Of a DNA stretch of 64,000 nucleotides, positions 13,466 to 24,000 are shown piece after piece. Positions within the stretch are counted from its first letter, which is position 1; every line of letters begins with the position of its first letter. Source of the DNA: Hypanus sabinus (Eukaryota). Position numbers and translations under genes: made by a program. Location of the stretch: positions 29,512,001 to 29,576,000 of the forward strand of contig NC_082727.1 of the NCBI RefSeq assembly GCF_030144855.1, in the 5' to 3' direction. The notes under the pieces were generated by a model that saw nothing but the letters and a program-made list of their open reading frames with translations, made no database searches and was not told the DNA's origin.

Positions 13466-14858
13466 GTACACATTCGTGCGGATTCTCAGTGCTGTGGTGG
13501 CTTTCTGGTTGTCAGCTCGTAACTGATTGCTGAATGTCAGCTTTGAGATAGAATCATGGAGTTATGCAGCCCAGAAACAGCCTGACATGTCCCCACAATC
13601 AAGGTGTCTGTCTACACTAATCCCATTTTCCTGAATTTCGCCCTATTCTTTTCCTATCCATGTACAAATCCAAATGTCTTTTGACATGGTTATATGGAAC
13701 AAACTGCCAGAGAAGGTGACAGAAGTTGTGATTATTACTTGTCTATAACCTCTTCTGGTAGTGTATTCCATATAATCTCCACCCTCTGTGTGAAAAAATT
13801 TGCCTCTCAGATCTCCACTAAATTTTTCCCTTCTCACCTTAAGTCTATGTTGTAGACTCCCATACACCTGGAAAAAGACGGTTTCTATCAGTCTACAGTA
13901 TGTATGCCTCTCATAATTTTATGAACCTCTAAGTCACCCCTCAGTATCCTGTACTCCAGGGATTCTGATCGCACCCTTTCCGAACAAAGGCCATCAGTAC
14001 CAGGCAACATCCCTTCTACTTTCTATCTAGTGCTACCACTTCCATCCTGTCGTGTGAATTTTCTGTAGTGTGTATAATTAGTTCAGTTCAATGGCTTTGA
14101 TTTTATTTCGTATCAGTTTGCAAACCTTTCTGACAATGGGAAAACAAAAAAAAAAGGGATTTTCCTTTGAAGTGGACACCAGTGAGGAGGGAAATAGAGA
14201 AAGCCATTTTCACACAAAGGGTAGAGGCAATTTGGATTCATCTCCACTGCCGTTGGGCAGGGAGTAAGGTTTGGAGCTGTCAAGGCCAAGATTGATATTT
14301 TGTCAAGAGAGAATATTGAGAGGGATAAAAAGTGCCAAGGTCAGGATGAGATATCAACTATGATCTAATGAACGAGTGAATGACTTGTGCTGCTTATAAT
14401 TCCTGAACTGTAGCCTCACTCTCTATAACACTGCATCCCCCAGCACCCCCACCCCCCCGAGAACTCTGGAAAGAATGTGCTTAGTCAGGCCACAGATTAG
14501 TGGTATCTCAGCATGTTGACCGAAAGCGGAAAAAAGAAAATCCTTTCTCACTTTCTATTCATTCTGCTGGCCCTTTCCATAACCCCACACATCTAGTGCT
14601 GCACCTCAGCCTTGATCAGCTCACAACCTACAGATACCCTCACACTGCTGGAACCTTCACTGGGGAGCATTCCAGTGTATGAGCAAGGACCTAATTAAAA
14701 GTAAGCTTTGTTTTCTCTGGAACACGGATTTAAACGGATTTTAACTATGTTCATCTTCATAAATCCTTTTTATTTGATAACTATCCAGAAATAAATGTAT
14801 TGGAATGCATGACAATTCTTAGTCAATGGTTGTGTAACTTTGCAATGGTAACCAACAG

Positions 14859-14984
14859 GTGCTAGAAGGTAAACCCATCTTTGTGGATTGCTATGGAAAC
14901 CTGGTTCCTCTAGCCAAAGCGGGCCAGCAGCTTGTATTCAACTTCTACGCTTTTAAAGAAAATAGATTGCCCTTTGGTGTGAAG
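14859..14984 (+). CDS. ANK3: ANK3 exon, UPA domain ([42 protein letters not shown])
   Basis: caacag|GTG...AAG|gtaaga; 126 nt, phase 0 to 0. Confidence 0.96.
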
Positions 14985-15754
14985 GTAAGAGAACTTTGCA
15001 TTGATTGTACATTCGATAGCACTTCATAATCCAGTTAGGAAACAGAAAGTACACATCGAAGGAGACAAATGATTGGTCACAAAGTTGTGTCATTTTGGCT
15101 CACTTGGGAGTACTCTTGTCTCTCAGTCTCTAGTCACGGATTCAAGTCTCAGTATAGAACTCAGCACCAGGTTCAGATGGACATGATATTCCATATGGAG
15201 AGGGTGTAGGATTGCCTCATATTTTTTGGATAGAATCATAAGCCAAGGCTTCATTTCCCAGCTCAAAAGGACATTACAGATCTCATGGCAATTTCCAAAA
15301 AAAGAGCAAGATCTCTCAATTTCTTGCAAACATCTGTCCCTCAATGGGCAACCTCTGCTTACAGAGACATTGGGCCAGTTATACTGTTACTGAAGATCAG
15401 TCAAGCTGATTTTCAGTTCTGGAAGGCTCTCACATGAAGCAGAGCGGACTCTGAACAGGTGTTGGATAACATCCGCTAAAACTTTGCCTTGAAATGTGCT
15501 TAAGCTGTTTCAACAAATCTGTGCAGTCAAAACCTTGCAGTTTAGGGGAAATTGTGCAAACTTCACACCATCAACACTAGAGGCTAGGGCTGAGCTAGAA
15601 CTGCTTGAGTTTTGAGCCTTGGCTTTAATAACTGCACCACAGTGCCACCTCTGACATTGACATAGATCTGAACAAATATCTTAATGGAGGTAAGAAAACA
15701 GGAGAGGTTTCAGGAGGGACAAAGTGAGGAGAGAAAGAGAGGATAAAGAAAAAT

Positions 15755-16085
15755 TAAAGGTTAGCTTTATTTGGCATATGTACATCAAAACATCGATACA
15801 TACAGTGAAATGTATTGTTTGCATCAAATCACATCAGTCAGGATTGTGCTAGGGAAACCCGCAAATGTCGCCACATTTCTGACGCCAGTATAACATGCCC
15901 ACAACCCACTAACCTAACTATATGTCTTTGGAATGTGGGAGGAACCCAGAGCATCTGGAGGTAACCCATGCAGTCACAGGGAGAACGTACAAACTCCTTA
16001 CAGACAGCAGTGGGAATTGAACCCTGATCAATGATTACTGGCACTGTAGTAGTGTTACGCTAACTGCGACACTCTCGTGCTGCCC
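15755..16085 (-). mobile_element. V-SINE (HE1-like). Related copies at ~5935-6200, 12090-12240, 47190-47470, 60065-60365
   Basis: V-domain core gttctcccc(g/t)gtgactgcatgggtt(t/a)cctc...ttcctcccaca. Confidence 0.7.
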
Positions 16086-17089
16086 CAATATAAACTGATA
16101 GTCAATCAGTCATCGATTTGTTAGCTCATTTGTTTAGAGGTGAATTTGATTCATGGAAGGTTTGGTGGTGAACACATTCTAGCACTGTATCCAAAGTGAA
16201 ACAGAACAAAAGTGTTTTATAAAAGAGCAGAAAATGACCTTCACAAACAAGGGGAAGTCTGCAGATGCTGGAAATCCAAGCAACACACACAAAATGCTGG
16301 AGGAACTCAGCAGGCCAGGCAGCATCTATGGAAAAGAGTACAGTTGACATTTTTGTCCGAGACCCTTCAGCAGGACTAGAGAATGAATTTGTATGTTTTG
16401 CCTAAATATAAACCACTTTTCCAAACCTTTTTTTTAGCTGATGGGTCAATGATCTTAATTATAAACTTCACTTATCTAAGTTTAGCAACCAGTCCAATGT
16501 AGTTCCTATTTATCATCCTAAGAATATTCAGATTGAAAATCATATAAGAAACCTGTAGTGAATTTGTGCAGATCAGAGTAGATGGGTCATTTGCTCAGTT
16601 GTGTATCAGTCTCCCTCACTTAGCTTCAAATGAGCTCTCATTTCCTTAAAACTACTAGGTATTAGTAATGTTGCTAGTTACTGATAATTTTCTAATCCCC
16701 ACCAGAACTGAATTGAGACCATCGGCATGGAAATGTGAGCAAATTCTGTTGCACAAATGCTGTTTCTTGTAGAATACCTGCAGCCTACAACATGGCCATA
16801 ATTGGAAACCAGACCCCTGAGGTGAAAGGTTAGATGCCAACCTGCTGTCCACCCCAATACCAAATATACTTGCTGAATGAATTCTTGAAGATGCCTCTAA
16901 ATATTTTTAAGCAGTCTGAACATGCTGCTGTATCCAGTTTCGTAGACGAGTACTTAGCAGGCGGCATCTGCAGAATCTTTTGTGTTTCTGAGCAAATGAG
17001 AAAGATTGTCAACGGTTGGTGTGTGGTCATCCGGGTCAGAGAGTTCAGCAAAGTGACCTCATATAAATCCGAATGGTTCTTGTTTCTAG

Positions 17090-17212
17090 GTTCGAGACAA
17101 CGGCCAGGAGCCCTGTGGTCGTCTGTCATTCCTTAAGGAGCCAAAGACTTCCAAAGGATTGCCACAAGCAGCTATCTGTAATCTGAACATTACACTGCCG
17201 GCTCACAAAAAA
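17090..17212 (+). CDS. ANK3: ANK3 exon, end of UPA ([41 protein letters not shown])
   Basis: ttctag|GTT...AAA|gtatgt; 123 nt, phase 0 to 0. The NITLPAHKK ending is ANK3-type. Confidence 0.96.
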
Positions 17213-17646
17213 GTATGTGAAAAGACTCATAAGCTGGTCTTCTGTTGAAAGAAGCTAGATAAATGACATCATTTTCTAAGAACCTGTTTTTTTTTTGAAG
17301 CTATAAACACTTATTTTATAAAACATACTGCGTTCTTTTACAAGTCGTCATTAAAACCAGTTTCCTAGATTATAGTGTGGTTTGTTTACCAGCTCTGGCT
17401 GGTAACTTAGAGGCCAAAGGTCCTGCAATATTTTCCATCATTTGTTGTGATTTTCTTTTTGTTTGGTAAATGTGAAATCAAGTTTGATTTTTTTTTTGGT
17501 TTTGCTGGCTTTGGACTTGTTTTGATCTTGTGCTAATTAGCTTCCTTCTTGTACTCCCACTGGGTCCTTTTCATATCCTGATGTTTCTTTTCCCTGCTGT
17601 CCATTATAATACTCCTTGTCTCTGCAATGCTTCTTGGGACCATAAG

Positions 17647-17673
17647 GAAGCCGAATCAGATCCAGACGAAGAG
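17647..17673 (+). CDS. ANK3: ANK3 27-nt microexon (EAESDPDEE)
   Basis: cataag|GAA...GAG|gtaaag; phase 0 to 0. Matches the mammalian ANK3 ETESDQDDE segment at the same position (recalled). Confidence 0.88.
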
Positions 17674-18978
17674 GTAAAGGAAAATCTGATAATCTATCTA
17701 AACTTAGTGATGACTATTAAGTTATTGCAGTGGACATTTTTGCAATTGGATTTGGTCTTTAAAGATGAAAATCACCTGATGATTTTTAGGTTCAATTAAC
17801 CACCAACCTCCCTTTGCCAAATTCAATAGAACTAAATTATTTCTCTATTTAAATTAATTTTGGATGTAACCAGGAAATAGTGTAATTTATGATCCTACTT
17901 AATTAATCTTTTCAGGCTAAAAATAGTATATAGGATCTCTGAAATTGTTCAATGGAGTCTTTATGTCTACATGTGTTTTTTTGGGTGTTTGGTACAGCGT
18001 GATATAATGTAATTTGAGTTGTTAGCAGAGAAAGAAAACATTAATTTTATTCCCGACAACTGTGTCAACTGCCATAGCTCAATAGCTGCATCACAATGTG
18101 TCTGCTTGTGGTCACAATAAACATTCCTTTGTATCTTATGCTGGATTAGAGCAGTCTATGAGTCAGCTGAAGTACCTATTGCCCCATGAAATTTAATTAG
18201 TTCCGTGCCCCCTTTACCAGCATTATACACCAGAATATTTATTGTAACCGTTTACTAAAAGCCACTAACTAGAGTGCAACAATTCAAAATTATAACATAC
18301 ACCTTTAATGTGTTTTAATCACTTAGGAAGCTGATTCTTATGTACTTGTGGTGAGATGTTTTACGTGAGTCTGTGTATTGTGTGCTTGCATTTACAAATT
18401 CCATTCTTGCTACGTTTGTCCATGGTTGTGTCCACGCTGACTTGTGAATCTCATCAATGTGGCAGGAGTCCCTGACCATTTGAGGATAGGTTCACTTTCT
18501 AGAGTGTGACTAGCATTTCAGCTCGATTGCCTTCGTTCATTGGACTGTTAGATGCAGTCGGGCAGTCCCAGATGCAGGAGCAGCCTCATCCCGCTAGTCT
18601 TTTAGCTGGAGGTGGCATCATGAGTTTCGTGGCCTGTTCTGTATGTTCCTCCCACCAGGAGGAGGAAAGTCTGGCAGAGGAATTAATGGTGAAATTACTA
18701 AAGCAGAAAATAATAATTGGAAGCAACATGTAGCTACCTTTGTAAAACATCCTAGATGGTGAGTGTAGTGTTTTTTCTGAATTTCAATTTTTATAATGTG
18801 TGCAATGAAAAATAAGGGAGGGGCAATTGACTTCTCGGTCAAGATATGAAAGAACATTGCATTAGTTTGGTTGGGTTTGTATATATGTTAGAATATTATA
18901 ATAAAAACTTAAAATTCAAATAAAAATATATCACATAGGGAAAAAATAACAAAATATCAACACATCTTTTTCTTCAAG

Positions 18979-19063
18979 GTCGAGAGAGCTTCTGACCGCC
19001 GTCAAACTTTTGCATCTATGGCATTACGTAAGCGCTACAGCTACCTTGCTGAGCCTGGAATGA
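18979..19063 (+). CDS. ANK3: ANK3 exon (VERASDRRQTFASMALRKRYSYLAEPGM)
   Basis: ttcaag|GTC...ATGA|gtgagt; 85 nt, phase 0 to 1. ALRKRYSYL is ANK3-specific. Confidence 0.96.
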
Positions 19064-21003
19064 GTGAGTCTATTCTTCATTAATCTCTCCAAGCAATATC
19101 AATCTTGCTTGATATTCATTAATGATTTTTTTAAAAAATTTAAATGAAATGCTCTGCAACAAATAAACCTGTACAACATTTTACCAGTGTTAACTGATTA
19201 AACATGCAGCTGGAAAGCAAGAACTAGCTTTGATTTGCAAACCCACTCATTCTTTCATTTTCATTTTCATTTCTTTCTGATGCATATATAATTTTTTTGC
19301 TGAGATTTATTTTTCATGTTGATTGTAATCCATTCCTTAATATAGCTCCATTAAAAATGAAAGGCAACACTTGTCCAGGATCGGCTGCTGTTTTGTTCAG
19401 GGATATTAAAGTTACTCTAGATTCAGTCATGTTTCAAAGGACTTTTAATTTTAAAATTCCATCTATCCTAGAGCTGTACAAGTAGAGAAAAGGCGTAAGT
19501 CATGTGGATGGCCAGAGATTTTTTTTCTAAGGTAGAAATGTGTACTAGAAGAGGGCTTAATTGGAGGAAAATGTACAGGGGGATGTCAGAGGGAAGTTTT
19601 TTTTGCACAGAGGGTGGTGGGTGCATGGAACATGGGTGCCTGGGGTGGTGGTTGAGACAGATACATTAGGGGTATTTAAGAAACTCTTAGATAGGCACAT
19701 GGATAATAGAAAAACGGAGGACTATGTATGGGGGTGGGGGGAAGGGTTATATTGATCACAGAGTAGAATAAAAGGTCTGCATAACATTGTGGGGTCAAAG
19801 GTCCTGTACTATGCTGTAATGTTCTATAGGGTTAGAGCACTCATTAGGGATGTTGAAACAAAAGGAAAATTACTTGTATTTTTGAAGCATCTTTCATGAA
19901 CGTGGGATCTCCCAGAGTATTTTAGAACTACATAATTATCAACTAAGTCTTTCATTATAGGAATTCAACAGGCTATTAGGTCCTTACAGTTAAGGACAGC
20001 GTTGCCCGTACACAGTGATGTAATGTTGAGATCAGATAATTACTTATATTGACTTTGAGGTGTACTCTGGTAATCTCATTTGCTCTGTTTCAAACTAATC
20101 ATCAATATTATTTAACCAGACAGCAAGATATTTGTTTAATATCTTAGATAGTAGGCAACATCCTTGTAAATGCAGTGTTCTCCTGTCACTACCTTGGGCC
20201 ATTCATCTGTACTTTGTTTCAAGTCTCTGAAATGAAACTTGAATGCACAACTTTCTAACTCGCAGAGAGGGGGAGCTCGGCTGATAACATAATTAGGTCG
20301 ATTTTCAAACGGGTCTTGAGAGTACATTTTAAATTGTGCTGGTGTGGAAGGAAGTCTTGACAACATTGTTGGCAGTGTGTCATGTTGACTCAGAATGGAT
20401 GAATTTGTTGGCTTCACTTCTGTTGCAGCATAGTTTCCACATCAAATGACATCTGTTAGATATTATTGTGTGTCATAAGACTAATCGATTTTACTTTTAC
20501 TACAAACTTCAATTTGCATCAGAGAAATGAGTTTCTATAGTAATAATGCTGGATAAAATATATATTCTCCCTCATTACTCTCCTGGTGGCATGTATAGAA
20601 CTGCTAGATCTAGCCATAACTACTGATACGTAGTGAAGTATGTAGTTCAGAAACTCCTTTGTATTTTTTACTATTTGTTTCCTGTTTGTGTTTCATTTGT
20701 CTTTTCTACCCTATTTCCGTTCTTTCATTTTACTTTTTGTGTTTCTTCATTTTCTGCTTTGATTGCTTTCTAGTTTCGTAACTATTGTACAGTTGAAAAG
20801 AAGCAAATTAAAATATTCTTTTCAAATCAAGCAGGTCAATCACTATTCTCATTGAGTTTATTGTTGTATGTTTTGAACTTTCTTCTAACTGTTTAACCAT
20901 ATTTACTGACTAATTTCTCTTTTCTCTGGTCTCTCCATTTCTTTAATTTTATCTTGTTGATTTTTATTTAAAATTTGGATTTTATTTCTCAATTTTTTAA
21001 AAG

Positions 21004-24000
21004 AAATCATTGAACGAAGTACAGGAACCACCAGGTCTTACCCTGCACCATACTCGTACAAGCCACTCTTTTCAACAAGGCCTTTTCAATCATGGGCAAC
21101 AACACCGATTTCGGTAGCTGGACAAGCCAAGTCTGGAATTACCTCTCTTTCAAGTTCAACGTCCAACACGCCTACAGCCTCCCCACTAAAATCAATTTGG
21201 TCTGTCTCTTCTGCTTCACCTATCAGATCAACCATAGGAGCTTCCACAACTTCCTCAGTAAGATCTATGAGTGATTTAGCATCTCCACTTAGATCATTTA
21301 AGTCCACATCTTCACCTATAAAAACTGTAGTGACACAGACTCCGTATTCTGTTAAATCTTCCTCTGCTTTGGTTTCTTCACCAGTGAAAGCATCAGTAAT
21401 GCCTGAATCATCTTCTGTAAAAGGACTAACTTCGTCATTGCTTTCTTCACGGCTTTCTCCGGCATCAACAGCAGGATCGCTTCTGGAGAGATCCTCCATT
21501 ACCATGACGCCGCCAGCTTCCCCTAAAGCTACTGTTAATATGTACTCATCCACCTTGCCATTCAAGTCCATAATTACAACAGCACCCACAGTCCTGTCCT
21601 CGCCTTTGAAATCCATATCATCTTCGGGGTCTTCTCCTATTAAATCTGTCATTGAAGCAGCTCAAGGACTTCCCGCTGCCTCGTTTCCTCCTTCTCAGTT
21701 GGCTACTTCATCGAACGGCCAGATATCTGCTAATGGAGTGGTATCTCCAGTCAAGTATCCCTCAGCTGCAGCTTTCTTCAGCAGTCAGACATCCGGTTCG
21801 TCTCCTGAGAAAGCATCAGCCACTATGCTGGCAAACAAGTGCATCACAACTGTACAAAATGCAATGGAGAAAGCCTACACCACCAGTAATAGTGTCACGT
21901 TTGCCCCACTTAAATCCTTTGCATCAGCAGCCCCTTCTACTTTTCAGACAATAAGATTACCTTCTGCTGGCTCCTTGTATTCTTCATTGAGGTCTTCGTC
22001 TGTGACCACCACATCCGTGACATCATCAACAATAACTGTACCTGTGTACTCTGTCGTAAATGTGTTATCAGAGCCACAACTGAAAAGACTTTCAGAGACT
22101 ACACCATTAACCAAGTCAGCTGCTGCCTTGTTATCACCAGTAAAATCCTTGACTACAGAGTCTCGCATGCAAGTACAGTCTCAGTTTACCAAGACGTTGT
22201 CCCCGCTGAAGAACTCCCTGAGCCTAGCTCCTTCCACACTGAAACTTTCTTCTGCCGCCTCTCTGTCCTCAAGTCAGGAAATTCTGAAAGACGTGGCTGA
22301 GATGAAGGAAGACTTAATGAAGATGACAGCCATCCTGCAGACGGATTCTGCTAGTGACAAGGCATTCCCGTCAGAAATGACTGCAAAAGGAGTAAAGAGC
22401 GAGGACGAAAGTGAGGAACCTTTTAAGCTTGTGGAGAAAGTTAAGGAAGACTTGGTGAAAGTTAGTGAGATCCTTCAGAAGGATGGGCTGACGGAGAATA
22501 AGACTGGTGTAAAAGGAGCTCAGACAAATGGGGAGCTTTCAGGTGAGGGTGAATGGGTCATGTTCGACTACGATGATATTGAGGAGGCAAAGCAAAAGGC
22601 TAATGAGCACTTTGGCACGTATGTACCAATAAAAGTAAAAAATGGAGGAGAAAAGGACTTCAGTTTGGCAAGAGTCGTTGACTATTTAACAAACGATCTT
22701 GGAATTGATACGCTGGGAAAAATGGGTGACAATAAATATCGCCAAACCGATATCAAAAAGGAAGGTGAAGATAAAATGTTCTCTAAAAGAACTCATAAGC
22801 CAACCATGCCTTTGCCAGAACATAAACTTAAGATGCCTCCACCTCCCATGCGGCCATCGGTGTCGGAGAAGGAACTCAGCAAGCTTGCAGATGCATTGAT
22901 GGCGACCGAAGCTATTCTGGAGTCGCCTGATGATTTTTCTCAGCATGATCAGGATAAGAGTCCTCTGTCAGACAGTGGGTTTGAGACCAGGAGTGAAAAG
23001 ACGCCTTCTGCCCCTCAAAGTGCAGAGAGCACTGGGCCTAAGCCTCTCTTTCACGATGTTCCCATACCTCCAGTCATCACAGAAACACGTACAGAAGTAG
23101 TCCGCGTCATTAGAAGCTACGAACCTTCATTAGGTGAAATGCAGGAGCCCAAAGCCGAGGGGTCAGCTGCATTGCAAAATGCAGATATGTTCTCGGAAGT
23201 GGAAGAGAAGCCAATTGGGTCAATAAAAGACAAGATGAAAGCTTTTCAAATTAAAATGAAATCAGAGGACGAAGAAAGTAAGTGCTTGAAGAGCAAAGAA
23301 GTGCGTGTGAAAGAAGAAACTCAAATTACGACAACTACCAGGATGGTTTATCACACACCTCCCTGTACCGAAAGCAACACGAGTGAGAGAATAGAAGAAA
23401 CCATGTCAGTTCGTGATATAATGAAGGCTTTTCAGTCAGGCCGTGATCCTTCCAAAGAGCTAGCTGGCCTGTTTGAGCATAAGTCGACAGTTCCTTCAGA
23501 AAGCAGCAAGGCTGCAGAATCAATGTCAATTTACCTTGATAAAGACTCTAACTTGAAACCAAAAGTTGAAAGAACTTTTGAGTTTCATATTGAAAAGGGA
23601 AATAAAATAGAGCCGACAGAAGTCATTATAAGGGAGACGAAAAAACACCCCGAAAGAGAATTATTCGTTTATCAGAAAGATTTTTTGGGGGACAGTGAAG
23701 TAAGAGAAGCCAAAGTTCTCCCTGAGAGGTTTGATGCTGGTCAGAATGAGCAGGCACAGCGGGAAGAGGAGGAGCTCACAGCTGAGGAATCCCTTCCCTC
23801 CTACATGGAATCCTCAAGAGTGAACACTCCTGTCTCCCAGGAGGACGAGAGCCGTCCCAGTTCAGCACAGCTCATCTCCGATGACTCGTACAAGACGCTG
23901 AAGCTTCTGACTCAGCAGTCAGTCGAGTACCATGATGATGAATATTCCGAGCTGAGGGGAGAGTCCTACAGGTTTGCAGAGAAGATGCTTCTTTCTGAAA

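Noticed and set aside
18466-18733. Possible extra or poison exon, or 75-aa ORF, between the microexon and the 85-nt exon
   Set aside because: Poor pyrimidine tract, an early stop after gcag|GAG, and no ankyrin similarity. It may still be conserved non-coding sequence, which I cannot test.
21086-21652. 188-aa antisense ORF and other antisense ORFs over the giant exon
   Set aside because: Shadow frames of Ser/Pro/Thr-rich coding sequence; no recognisable protein.
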